Assembly: GCA_963754315.1 (NCBI GenBank) | Contig: CAVWFS010000020.1 | Span: forward strand, 32,001-96,000 | Origin: an uncultured Candidatus Rokubacteria bacterium | GTDB taxonomy: Bacteria; Methylomirabilota; Methylomirabilia; Rokubacteriales; CSP1-6 | Direction: 5' to 3' | Length of the DNA: 64,000 nt | Part shown: piece after piece, positions 1-10,900 of the stretch | How the letters are laid out: each line of letters begins with the position of its first letter | Numbering within the stretch: position 1 is the stretch's first letter | The notes under the pieces: model-generated | What the model saw: the letters and a program-made list of their open reading frames with translations, nothing else | Databases searched by the model: none | Told to the model about the DNA's origin: nothing | Translations under genes and position numbers: made by a program

Positions 1-2
1 TC

Positions 3-329
3 TCAGGGATGCGGTCCCCACGGGGCCGCGGTCAGCAGCTTGACCTCCTGGGACGCGAGCAACGGACGGAATTTCACGGCAAAGCCCTCGACGAAATCCT
101 TGTTGGCGAATACCGACGCCCAGTGCGCGCGACGATCGGCATCGTCGTTGAACTTCCACAGATGGACGAGCTGATTGATCATCCCCGTGTCGGCCTGGAA
201 GTAGCCGATCAGCTTCTTGTCCTGGCCGCCCTTCTGGAGGGCCGGGTACCCGAACTCGGTATACAGCCTAACGGCTTCAGCCATCTTGCCGACATGAAGC
301 GTGTACGTCCGCATCTCGTAGACCGTCAT
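3..329 (-). CDS. NIPSNAP family protein
   Basis: 108 aa; YEMRTY N-terminus and INQLVHLWKF-DDA-RRAHW motif typical of NIPSNAP; GGAGG RBS upstream. Confidence 0.85.
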   Translation of the reverse strand: MTVYEMRTYTLHVGKMAEAVRLYTEFGYPALQKGGQDKKLIGYFQADTGMINQLVHLWKFNDDADRRAHWASVFANKDFVEGFAVKFRPLLASQEVKLLTAAPWGPHP

Positions 330-478
330 GGCGATCCTCCACTGACACGTATCGAGAGCGTAGGATAGTTCACTAAGGGAGACACAGGCGAGCTGGGCAT
401 GACCTACGGGTTGGATAAGCTCGCGAAGGGCGAACCGTTCGTCACCTCATGCATCAAGTCGACGTCGCGCATGCGGCC

Positions 479-766
479 TTACACGCCTTCGACCAGGACC
501 ACGCTGCCCCTCGCCGTCCGCAACCGGAGCGCCTTCAGCGGACGATATTCCTCCGAGTCGTACCAACGCCGGGCCTGCTCGATGCTTGGGAACTCGGTCA
601 CGACGATGCGCTTGGGCTTCCAGTCACCCTCCAGCGTTTGCATCTGTCCGCCTCGCACGAGGAACTTGCCGCCGTACTTCTCGACGGTGCCCGGTACCTG
701 CTTCCGGTACTCCTCGAACCCTGCTGGGTCGGTCACCTCGTTGTCGACGATGAAGTACGCTGGCAT
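479..766 (-). CDS. DUF1330 family protein
   Basis: 95 aa; YGGKFLVRGG...LEGDW...VVTEFPS...WYDSEEY signature; AGGAGG RBS. Confidence 0.9.
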   Translation of the reverse strand: MPAYFIVDNEVTDPAGFEEYRKQVPGTVEKYGGKFLVRGGQMQTLEGDWKPKRIVVTEFPSIEQARRWYDSEEYRPLKALRLRTARGSVVLVEGV

Positions 767-994
767 GCGCGGGCCTCCTGGGATCGTGTGGCCGATGTTA
801 GGCGAGGTTGATCTTCGCGTGGGCCGTTAGGTCGGTCGCGCACGCGCCCTCCGGACCGCTCCACGAGGTTCTCCTGATCCACCCGCATGCGACGGGCCTC
901 TCGTTCGGTCGTAGCGCTCCTCACGTTCCGCATCGTAAACTATCTTCCCGACCACTTTCTCGCGCGAAGACGTTGTGTGGAGGATTGTATAAGG

Positions 995-1755
995 ATGAGA
1001 CACCTCGCCGCGACTGTCGTGTCGCTTCTCTGCTCGCTTCGGCGTGCGCCCATGCGAGCCCGGGAGGACGCGTCTCTGGCTCCGACGCCTCCTCCGTCGC
1101 TTCGAGTACGCAAACGATCCGGGCGAGATCGGAGCCTGTTCCGCCAATACCACCGCTCAAGGATATCCGCATGGTCGCGCCGGCGCTCGAGAAGTACTCG
1201 CAAGACCGTCTTCTGGGCGAGGTATGGAAGCGGCCTGGTCTCACGCCCCGTGACCGCAGCATCGTGACGCTCGCGGCGCCTATTGCGCGCAGCCAGACGA
1301 TCGAGATGCCGTACTACCTGAACATCGCGCTCGACAACGGGCTCAAGCCGCGCGAGATCTCCGAGATCATCACCCATCTCGCCTTCTACTCCGGCTGGCC
1401 GAATGCCATGTCGGCGGTCGCGGCCGCGAAGGATCTCTTTGCCCAGCGCCAGATCGGCAGCGATGAGCTCCCACCGGCTTCGCCACAGCTGCTTCCCCTC
1501 GACGTGGCCGCCGAGGCGCAACGCGCCTCGCGTGTCGGAGAGCAGTTCGGCTCGGTGGCACCAGGAGTCGTGCAGTACACGACCGATGTGCAGGACATCC
1601 GGCCAGGCGACGTTGTATGGATCCCGCCGGGTCAGAAGCACTGGCATGGAGCGACGGCAACAATCGGCATGACGCATATCGCCATTCAGGAATATCTCAA
1701 CGGGGCGACCGTCGAGTGGATGGAAAAGGTCAGCGACGAGCAATACCGCAGGTAA
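995..1755 (+). pseudogene. Carboxymuconolactone decarboxylase-family N-half fused in frame to a cupin C-half; frameshift in the signal peptide near 1027
   Basis: GGAGG RBS then [20 protein letters not shown] signal; CMD motifs [19 protein letters not shown] and [13 protein letters not shown]; switch near 1590 to cupin motif [19 protein letters not shown]...MTHIAIQE. Confidence 0.65.
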
Positions 1756-2001
1756 TGATGCCTGCGGTAGCGACCCGCCACGGCCGAGTGAAGTCGGCCA
1801 GGCTCAGGGAGTACGGGGTGTCGTGGCTGAAGTCCTACCACGTGCTCTTCACCGGCGAAGGTCCGGCGAACGTGCAGAAGATCCTCATCGCCGGCGGAAA
1901 GCCTTAAAGCCCTAGGGCGATAGCCTCACGCCCATTTCACCACGGATCAATGACGCCTGAGCACTGAGCAGGTGGTACGTACCAAAAAGGAGGTCAGCGA
2001 G

Positions 2002-2781
2002 ATGTTACTCAAAGACAAAATCGCCATCGTCACTGGTGCCGGGGTTGGCATTGGGAAAGCCATCGCCCTGCGTTACGCCAAGGAGGGGGCACATGTGGTC
2101 GTGGCTGAGATCAATGCGACCACGGGACAGCAGACCGCGGCGGAAGTCGGCGCGCACGACCGACGTGGACTCTTTGTGAAGACAGATCTGAGCAACCTCA
2201 GCCATATCAACGCCATGGTCGCGAAAACTGTCGAGACGTTCGGCCGGATCGACATTCTGATGAACAATGCCGGCGTCAATAAGAAACTCGACTTCTTTGA
2301 AGTGATCGAGCGCGACTGGGATTGGATTCACTCGATTAATGCGAAGGGTCTCTTCTTCTGCATGCAGGCGGTGGCGCGGGAAATGGTCAAGAACAACTCT
2401 GGCAAGATCATCAACGCCGCCTCGATTGGCGGCAAAGGCTTTCGCGGCACCTCGAACATCGCGTATGCGGGCTCCAAGGGAGCAGTCATCGCCATGACTC
2501 GCATCGGCGCCTCTCAACTTGCCCCTTATAACGTCAATGTCAACGCTATCTGTCCTGGCGCTCCACGCTCGGAGATGTATGACACGATCGTGCGCCAGAT
2601 CGTCGAGCGCGACAAGATCACTGAAGCGGAGGCTATTTCTCGTCTGGATGCGTCAATTCCGTTGCGTCGCTCGAATACTGGGGCCGACGTCGCCAACATG
2701 GCGGCTTTTCTGGCCTCGGAAGAAGCACGGAATATCACCGGCCAATCGTTGAACGTCGATGGCGGATTGATGTGGGACTAA
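2002..2781 (+). CDS. Short-chain dehydrogenase/reductase (SDR)
   Basis: TGAGVGIG Rossmann motif, NNAG, catalytic YAGSK, ITGQSLNVDGG; AGGAGG RBS before ATG 2002. Confidence 0.93.
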   Translation: MLLKDKIAIVTGAGVGIGKAIALRYAKEGAHVVVAEINATTGQQTAAEVGAHDRRGLFVKTDLSNLSHINAMVAKTVETFGRIDILMNNAGVNKKLDFFEVIERDWDWIHSINAKGLFFCMQAVAREMVKNNSGKIINAASIGGKGFRGTSNIAYAGSKGAVIAMTRIGASQLAPYNVNVNAICPGAPRSEMYDTIVRQIVERDKITEAEAISRLDASIPLRRSNTGADVANMAAFLASEEARNITGQSLNVDGGLMWD

Positions 2782-2878
2782 GGCCTGAAGCCGCATTGAA
2801 TCGTGAAAGCGACCACCCCTTAGGTTCGAGCGGGATAGTCGTGAAGCGGGCCGGGAGGGGTTAGTGGCGAGGACGCCG

Positions 2879-3319
2879 TCAGGTGGTACGAAGCCGGCCG
2901 TCCCTCTCGCCGGCCGTTCTGGACGCATCCGGGCCGCCGTCCCCGTCGCCGCATCCATCTGCCTCACCGACGGCGGTGCTGATGGCATCGAGCAAGACTC
3001 GCTCGTCGAACGGTTTGCGTAGATAGGCGGTGACTCCCGATCGTGTAATGCGCTCGCGGACTGACGCATCGTCATAGGCCGTGATGAAAATGACAGGGAT
3101 GGCAGCCTGGTCCGCCACCAGCTGCTCCTGCAGATCAAATCCGCTCATATCCCCCAGGTGGATATCGAGGACTAGGCACGCGGTCCGGCCCCTCGGCGAT
3201 GAGCTGAGAAACTCGCGAGCCGACGTGAACGTCTCAACGCTATATCCGGCTGACTGGATCAGGCGACGGAGCGCCCGGCAGACGGAGAGGTCGTCGTCCA
3301 CGACGGAAATCAGCGGCAT
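2879..3319 (-). CDS. Stand-alone response regulator receiver (FixJ-like REC)
   Basis: VVDDD, CLVLDIHL (phospho-Asp), FIT and LRKPF motifs; no output domain. Confidence 0.88.
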   Translation of the reverse strand: MPLISVVDDDLSVCRALRRLIQSAGYSVETFTSAREFLSSSPRGRTACLVLDIHLGDMSGFDLQEQLVADQAAIPVIFITAYDDASVRERITRSGVTAYLRKPFDERVLLDAISTAVGEADGCGDGDGGPDASRTAGERDGRLRTT

Positions 3320-3521
3320 GGGGGGGCACTCGCGCCATCACACTTAGGGACGATATCGGGATCGCCACGTCCGCGATAGTGGACCTTGGTCTAAGTGGCA
3401 TCCCAACGGACCGGCTGGTGCCGAGCGACACCACTTGTTGTACTAAGTGCATAGGTCGTTCGTCTAACTGTGCCCGGGGCGAATGCGGGGGTAGGATTGC
3501 CCAATTTCGAGGAGGTGTCTC

Positions 3522-3881
3522 ATGCAGATTCAAACATCGTGGGTCAAACCAGCGGCTTGGGGCGTCGTCTGCGGGGCCGTCGCAACGATGATCGTTGGCT
3601 TTTCATGGGGGGGATGGACCACCGGCAGCACCACTGAGCGGATCGCTAGAGAACGCTCGAGCTCGACCCTGGTCGTCGCGCTCACCCCTTCCTGCGTCGC
3701 GAGCTTTCTGAAGCAGCCAGGCGGAACCGCGAAGCTCGCGGAGTTCAAGAAGATCGACTCCTCTTGGGACCAGCGGCAGTTGATCGAAAAAAGTGGCTGG
3801 GCCACTCCCGACGGGGAAAAGGAGCCCAACGCCGCACTCGCGACTTCCTGCGCCGAAGCGCTTGCGAAGGTCAAAGTTTGA
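3522..3881 (+). CDS. Hypothetical membrane-anchored/exported protein
   Basis: GAGGAGG RBS; N-terminal hydrophobic helix (WGVVCGAVATMIVGFSWGGW); two Cys in the soluble part. Confidence 0.75.
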   Translation: MQIQTSWVKPAAWGVVCGAVATMIVGFSWGGWTTGSTTERIARERSSSTLVVALTPSCVASFLKQPGGTAKLAEFKKIDSSWDQRQLIEKSGWATPDGEKEPNAALATSCAEALAKVKV

Positions 3882-3901
3882 CGCGGCAGTTGCCTTCGTG
3901 C

Positions 3902-3935
3902 GAATCGCTCACTACCTCACGGTGGTGAGCGATTC
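3902..3935 (+). terminator. Stem-loop downstream of the exported-protein gene
   Basis: gaatcgctcactacc-tcac-ggtggtgagcgattc, 15-bp stem with one G-U pair, short T tail. Confidence 0.55.
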
Positions 3936-4112
3936 TTGATGCGTTAACCAACGAGGATCACCCCGCCTCGCGCAGGCGAACGCGGCATAGCTACTCACGG
4001 TCGTCACGAATATCCGTCATTCAGTTCAGAATCGATCGAACTTGGGGCGCGGCAGCGCCCTGAACACTCGCCAAGTATCAGCAGGTGGAGTTTCTCTTCG
4101 GGCAACCGGCCC

Positions 4113-6069
4113 ATGGCGTATTCTGAACGAGTGGCAGACCTGCCGAAGGGACTATCCCGTAAAGCCTATCCATCTTTGACGAGGTGGACACGCTCCCAGT
4201 GGCGGGGCATCGGAGGAGGCATGTTGGCCATCGCCGGGGCCCTTCTCATCACGGGCTTCCTGCGGCAGCGGACGGGCCGGAAGCGCGCGGAGCTGTCGCT
4301 GGCCGAACGGGTACGTTTCGAGAGCTTGCTGTCTGAAATCTCCGCCCGCTTGATTCACGTTCCTCTGAGCGAGTGGGACGCCGAGATCGAGAGGGCCCTT
4401 CAGCGGGTCGCGGAGTTCCTCCGTATAGATCGGGCTAATCTCAACGACTTCATTGCCGGCGAGCCGCCGCTTTGCATCTCCTGGGCGGCGGCAGAGATCG
4501 AGGGACCGGCTGCACATCAGCGAGCGCGATCAGCTTCCCTGGACGGCCAGCCAGCTCGAGCGGGGACAGGTCGTCCGTTTCTCCCGGCTCGACGACCTCC
4601 CCGTGGAGGCGGCGGTCGATCGGCGGGGCTATCAGAGCATGGGCACGCGGTCATACCTGTCGCTCCCCCTGAGCGCCGGCGGGTCCATGCTGGGCGTACT
4701 GTCCTTCGACTCCGTTCGGCATGAACGAATCTGGCCCGAGGAGTTGGTACAGCGGCTCCAGCTCCTGAGCGAGATCTTCGCCCGCGCTCTGGAGCGGAAG
4801 CACGCCGAGCTGTCGCTCGCCGAGCGGCTTTGCTTCGAGACACTCCTCGCAGAGCAGTCGCTCGCGTTCAGCAGCTTGTCATCGGCCGACGTCGATCGCG
4901 AGATCGAGCGGGGGCTTCGCCAGATCGTCGACTTCCTCAAGGTTGATCGGGGCAGTCTCGCCGAGTTTTCCGCAGACAGCCGCACGGTCCACATCACACA
5001 CTCATGGGCGGTCGAGGGGGTGGAGCCGCTACCCTCCGCGATTCGACTCGGCCAGTTCCCGTGGGTCACGGCCCGGGTGCAGCGTGGGGAGGTGGTTCGC
5101 TTCTCGCAGAGCGAGGAGCTGCCGGAGCAGGAAGCGGCCGTGGACCGGCGAACGTATCTCACCTTGGGCATCACGTCGCACGTCGAAGTCCCCCTGATGG
5201 TCGAGGGGGCGGTGGTGGGGGCTCTAGCCTTTAGCACCTTGGGCGCCCAGCGCCCCTGGCGGGACGAGTTGGTGCAGCGGCTCCGCCTGCTGGGGGAGGT
5301 GTTCGCCAATATCCTGTCGCGCCGACGGTCGGAGCTGGAGGCGCAACGCCTCCGCCGGGATCTCGCCCACGTCAGTCGGGTGTCGACGCTAGGGGAGCTC
5401 ACCGCATCACTGGCGCATGAGCTCAACCAACCCCTGACGGCGATCCTCAGCAATGCCCAGGCCGCCCAGCGTATCCTCGAAGCCGACGCGGCGAACTTCG
5501 AGGAGGTGTCGGCAATCTTGAAGGACATCGTCGAGGACGACAAGCGAGCGGCCGCGGTGATCCACCGACTACGGGGTCTCCTCAAGAAGGGCGATCTCGA
5601 GCTCTCGATTCTCGACCTCAATGAATTGGTGAGCGAGGTGGCCCGCCTCGTGAGCAGCGATATGATTGTGCGCGACGTGTTGCTTCGCCTCGAGCTGACC
5701 CCAGGGCTTCCTCCAGTGTGGGGCGACCGGGTGCAACTCCAGCAGGTGATCCTGAACTTGATCCTCAACGGGTTGGACGCCCTGCAGGAATCGCGCATTG
5801 GTGATCGGGCCCTCGTCCTCCGGACGGACACGGATGGACCGGCGGCCCTCCGGGTAGCCGTCCGAGACTCGGGAGTCGGCATCGACGAGACTCACCTGGA
5901 GCAGATCTTTAACGCGTTCTACACGACTAAGGCGAACGGGCTGGGTATGGGTTTGGCCATTGCTCGCTCCATTGTCGAAGCGCACGGGGGGCGCCTGGGA
6001 GCCCGGAACAATGTGGATGGAGGAGCAACCTTCTCCTTCACGTTGCCCCTCAGCGACGAGGAACGATGA
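4113..6069 (+). CDS. Sensor histidine kinase with TM helix and tandem GAF domains (frameshift near 4508; start uncertain)
   Basis: Two ~170-aa GAF-like repeats; H-box LAHELNQPL, N-box QVILNLILNG, G1 DSGVG, F-box FYTTK, G2 GLGMGL; ORFs 4113-4724 and 4453-6069 join by one indel. Confidence 0.85.
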
Positions 6070-6695
6070 CAGCCACGGTGGCACCGCTGGTGCTCATTGT
6101 GGACGATGACCCGGCCGTGCGGAAGAGTCTGGCCCGGCTGGCCAGGACCGCCGGGTACGAGGTCGAGGCATTCGCCTCGGCTCCCGAGTTCCTGGCCCGT
6201 CCTCAGCAGGACCGCCCTTGCTGCCTCGTGCTTGACGTGCGGATGCCGGGCCTGACCGGGCTGGAACTGCAGGCGGCGCTAGCGAACGCAGGCCGCCGCG
6301 TGTCCATTGTCTTCATCACAGGCTACGGCGACGTCCGCGCGAGCGTCAAAGCCATGCAGGGCGGGGCAACCGATTTCCTCACCAAGCCGGTTAATGACCA
6401 GGAGTTCCTGGGCGCTATCGAGCGGGCGGTGACCATGGCCCGCCAGGCCCAACGGGAGCAGGCGGTCGCCGCCGAAATCCAGGCCCGCATCACGGCATTG
6501 ACGCCGCGGGAGGTGGAAGTATTCGCGCTGGTCGTCTCCGGGATGCTGAACAAGCAGATTGCCGCCGAGCTCGGAATCGGCGAAGGCACGGTCAAAGTCC
6601 ATCGGGGCCGGGTCATGGAGAAAATGCGTGCGGCCTCGATAGCGGAGCTCGTCCGGCTCGCCGGCCAGGCCGGCGTGACCACGGCGAGATTCTGA
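6066..6695 (+). CDS. FixJ/TodT/NodW-type response regulator (REC + LuxR HTH)
   Basis: VDDD, LDVRMP, FLTKP; LTPRE...NKQIAAELGIGEGTVKVHRGRVMEKM HTH; ATGA overlap with the kinase. Confidence 0.93.
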   Translation: MTATVAPLVLIVDDDPAVRKSLARLARTAGYEVEAFASAPEFLARPQQDRPCCLVLDVRMPGLTGLELQAALANAGRRVSIVFITGYGDVRASVKAMQGGATDFLTKPVNDQEFLGAIERAVTMARQAQREQAVAAEIQARITALTPREVEVFALVVSGMLNKQIAAELGIGEGTVKVHRGRVMEKMRAASIAELVRLAGQAGVTTARF

Positions 6696-6770
6696 TCGCT
6701 CCCCCGCAGGGAAGCGTCGCCACGTGTGGCGAGCGGCAGAGCTGTGCCTCGCCCGTACAGACGCGCCCCT

Positions 6771-7247
6771 CTACGGCTCGAACTCGAATCGGTTGTCGCC
6801 GCTCAGCGTGTACTGCAGGACAAGTAACCGTCCTGTCTCTTCGTCGAGCGGCTCGATGCGGATCGTGCCGGCCAGCCAGCCGGGGACCGGTGTGAGCTTG
6901 AAGAAGTGGTTGCGGCCAGCCTCGGCGGTGAACCGCAGCCTCGTCGGGACCGGGCCAGGCAGGTTGGCGCCAATGATGTGCTCGCCCGCGGGGATCGCGC
7001 CGTAGAGGTATGAGCGCTGCCCCACGAAGCCAAACTCACGGAAATCCAGGGTGACGGGCCACACGATTCCCCCCTCGAGCATGCTCCACATCCGCACCGC
7101 GTATACGTTAGCCTTCCCGGGTGGCGGCGCAAAGCTCCGGGCCTGCTCCGACAGCGCCGTGGATCCCGCCGGCACCGACGCGCAGCCCATCACGAACAGC
7201 GCGAGCAGGAGGACGGCCGCCATGCTCGACTGGAGCCGTTCTGTCAT
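6771..7247 (-). CDS. DUF2846-like lipoprotein
   Basis: Lipobox VMGC; ARSFAPPPGKANVYAVR, GEH, AEAGRNHFF motifs. Confidence 0.7.
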   Translation of the reverse strand: MTERLQSSMAAVLLLALFVMGCASVPAGSTALSEQARSFAPPPGKANVYAVRMWSMLEGGIVWPVTLDFREFGFVGQRSYLYGAIPAGEHIIGANLPGPVPTRLRFTAEAGRNHFFKLTPVPGWLAGTIRIEPLDEETGRLLVLQYTLSGDNRFEFEP

Positions 7248-7714
7248 CGGCTTCCCGAGGCCCGCCCACCGCGGGTCGCCTCCGGTGCGTCCTCGAACCG
7301 ATTGTCGCCGCTCGGAGTGTATCGCTGGATCAGATCGCGTCCCGTCTTGTCTGCCAGCCGCTCTACGTGCAAGGTGAGCAAGTCCGCCCCCACTGTGAAG
7401 AAGTAGTTGCGCCCGGCCTCGGCTCGAAACCTGGTCCGCCCCTGAACCTGTCCGTCGTGGAGCACGGCTACTACATGCTCCCCGGGGCGAACCCAGCCGT
7501 ACAAGTATGATTCACTTCCCACTGTTCCAAATCCGCGGAAATCCAGGTCAACAGTCCAGAGCGGCTGATCGGCAAGCCGCCGGGCGTGCCGGATCACGTA
7601 GACGCCCGCGTATCCCGGCGGCGGGCTGAGGCTCCTGGCCTGCTCTACGAGCCGATCCGACGCCACCGGCATCGACCCCGGAGCGCACGCGGTGATCAGC
7701 ATCGCCGCCAGCAT
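7244..7714 (-). CDS. DUF2846-like lipoprotein (paralogue; start uncertain)
   Basis: Lipobox ITAC; ARSLSPPPGYAGVYVIR, PGEH, AEAGRNYFF and YTPSGDNRFE shared with the neighbour; ATGA overlap. Confidence 0.68.
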   Translation of the reverse strand: MLAAMLITACAPGSMPVASDRLVEQARSLSPPPGYAGVYVIRHARRLADQPLWTVDLDFRGFGTVGSESYLYGWVRPGEHVVAVLHDGQVQGRTRFRAEAGRNYFFTVGADLLTLHVERLADKTGRDLIQRYTPSGDNRFEDAPEATRGGRASGSR

Positions 7715-7949
7715 CGCGAGGCTCGCGCCAGGGATCCAACCTAGTCTCCTTCCGCGAGGGAAACAGTAACAGCTCGCGCGCCCTAAGTCCGAGGGAGCGA
7801 TGGGCGCAAAGGACTGCAGGGCCGAGGAAGGGGCTGACGTCACACGATGCATGGTAGGCCACTTCGCCGCCTCGAGGCTAGTGCGAGGCTACCTCTCCCT
7901 GGACAAAACTCCGCCCAACTGTTGTGGCGAAGGACAGGGCGCGAGACGG

Positions 7950-10900
7950 CTATCGGTGCTGGCCGGCTCTCGGCAGATGGAGCCGGGTCCAGGCCGCGAG
8001 GAACTGGGCGACGTCGAGCGACACCACCGCGCCGGTGGCGTCGACCCGGCGGGCGGCGAGCAGTTGCGCTTGCAGCGCGAGCCGCGCGTCGGTCTCCGGC
8101 GAGGCGGGCCCCCCGAGGTCCCAGACGAGCAGCGCATCGCCGCCCGCCGTCACCAAGCGCCGGCCGTCGGGGCTGAAGACGCCGTGCCGCGCGCCGCCCG
8201 GGTGCGGAAGGAGGGGCGTCAGCGCCTGTCCGCTCTCCGCCTCCCAGACGCGCGCGCCGCCGTCGGAGGCGACGGTGACGACCCACCGGCCGTCACGGCT
8301 GAACCCCGCGTGAAACATCTGGGCGATGGCGTCGTGTGCCAGCGGCGGCGTCGCCGGAGCCCCTGTGCGGGCGTCGTAGAGGCGGGCGGATCCCTCGCTG
8401 AGGAGCAGTAGCGAGCGGCCGTCGGGCGCGAACGCGAGCTGCTTCGTCGCGTACTGATCGTTCCGGAGGCCGGAGACGATCGGCCGTCCGCTCGCCGCGT
8501 CGTGGATGGCGGCGCTGGCTCGTCCCGCGACGACGGCGAGCCGGGTCCCGTCGGGGCCGAAGACAGCGCGAGTGCGCTCGCTCTGGCGCAGCGACGGGAT
8601 CTCCCGCCGGGACTCCAGGTCCCACACGCGGACGACGCCCCCGAATTCCAGGGTGAGCAGGCGCTGCCCGTCGGGGCTGAATTCGGTGAACGTCACCGGC
8701 TCGCCGTGAGGGAGGGCGAACATCCGCTCGCCGTTGGCCAGGTTCCACAGCACGACGTCGTACTGACCGCCAGCCGCCCGGCCGGCGGTGGCGAGCCAGC
8801 GCCCGTCAGGACGGAAGCTCGCGTGGCTCAGCCGCCGCCCGTGGCCGAGCGAGAGCACCTCCGCGCCGGAGGCCGTGTCCCAGACCTTCGCCATCCCATC
8901 CATGGCGGTCGTGACGACGCGCCGGCCGTCGGGGCTGAAGGCCGCGTGAGAGATCTGGCCCGTTGTGCGGAGCGCGAGCGGCGCGCCGGTGGCGAGGTCC
9001 CACACCTGGACCAGGAAGTCGCTGACCGCCAGCAGCCGGCGGCCGTCGGGATGGAAGGCGGCGCGCGCCACGTCCTTGTGGGCGTAGCGGCCCGCCGCGG
9101 TCCCCAGCGTCCACACGCGTACCGTGCCGTTCGACGTCACCGTGGCCAGGCGCGCCTGGTCGGGCGCCAGCGAGAGGTTCGACACGGTGTCCTCGTGATA
9201 GAGCGGCGGCGTCAGCGGCGCGCCGGAGCTAGTGCTCCAGACGCGCGCCGTCCGGTCGGTGCTGGCCGTGGCGAAGCGCCGACCGTCGCGACTGAAGGCG
9301 GCGTGGAGCACGGCCCCGGCGTGCTTGACGGTGGTGACCTCGCGCGGCTCGTCGTCCAGGCTCCAGACGCTGGCCTCCCCGAAGTCGGTGGCCATGACCA
9401 GGCGCTTGCCGTCGGCGCTCAGCTCCACGTGGTTGACCCCGGGCCAGCTCTGCACCAAGTCGGGCTCGTCTCGCGTGACGTCCCATAGCCGCGCGGTGCG
9501 AACGCCGTCCAGCGTGAGCGCGCGCCGGCCATCGCCGGAGACGTCGACCGACTGCACCCCGTCTTTGTGGGCCAAGGTCACGCGGCGTCCGGCGCCGGGG
9601 CTCACCGGCCAGACGTGCGCGGAGCCGTCCTGGGTGAGAGTGAGCACTCGCTGGCGATCGCGCGTCGGCGCCGCGGCGACGACAGGGCTCTCGTGCGTGA
9701 AGGAGCCGAGCAGCTGGCCGGCTCGAGGATCCCACAACCGCGCGACGAGATCACCGCCGGCTGTGACCAGCGCGAGGCCGTCAGGGCTGAGCTCGGCTGC
9801 CGTGACCTCGTCGGGATGCGGCAGCCGTGCGTTCTCGCGGCCAAGTCGCCCATCCCACACGCGAACGACCCGATCGGGCCCGCAGGCAACGACGCGCACG
9901 CCCTCGGCGGTGGCGTCCACCGCGAGCAGGCGATGCTCCGGCGGAAGCTTGAGCGCGATCGGCGCTCCGGTCTCCGGATCCCAGACCTGCGAGGCGCTCG
10001 GCGCCGCGCCCAGGCCGTCCGGGCGCTCGAGCGCGTCGGTGACGGCGTAGCGGCCGTCGCGCCCGAACGTGACCCACCGCCTGAGCGCGCGCGGCCGCAC
10101 GGTCCACACCTGGGTCAACGCTGGGTGCTGGTCCAGTGTCGAGCGGAGGCGGAGGCGCTGGAGCTCCTGGCCGCGGGGACGCTCGGCCTCCAGGCGGAGC
10201 GCCTCGGCGAACCACAGCGCGGAGCCAGAGAGATCGCGCTCGTCGATCCGTCGCAGGCCGTTGGCCACCATCGCCTGGACCAGGCGCTGGCGGCTCGCCT
10301 CGCGCTGCTCCTCGGCCACGCGCTGCTGCCGCTCGGCTTCCTTGCGCTGCGTCTCTGCCGCTTCCCGCTGGCGATCGGCCTCCTCACGCTGACGCTCCGC
10401 CTCGACACGTTGCCGCTCGGCCTAGCCGCGCGCTGCCGCTCGGCAGCCGCGCGCTGCTCCTCGGCGACGCGGCTCTGCTGGCGCGCGATGTTGCGCTGCT
10501 GCACGGCCAGGCCGGCCGCCACCACCGCGCCGATCAGCAGCGCCGAGAGCGTCGCCACGGCCGCCCCGGCCAGGCGGCGGGTCCGCTGGTGCTGCCGGAT
10601 GTCCTCGCCGATCAGATCGTCGAGCGGCTGCCCGCGCAAGGTTGAGGACAGGCGCGCGACCGCGTCGAGGAACTCCGGACGCCGTGGCGAGAGATCCGTG
10701 CTGGAGCGCGCCCAGCGCAGGTCGAGATGGAGCGGCTCGGCCCGCAGGGCGCCGCGCAGCCGTGGTGGCAGGCAGGTGGTGCGGGCCCAGTCGAAGTCTC
10801 CCGTCGCACGGTCCCAGGACAGCGTGCCGTCCGTCCACACGATCAGGAGCCGGTCGGCGAACCCCATATCAAGCCACGCGTCCACTTCCTGCTCGACCCA

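Noticed and set aside
10280..10500. 21-nt periodic DNA repeat
   Set aside because: Explained by heptad coiled-coil coding in the TIR-WD40 gene.
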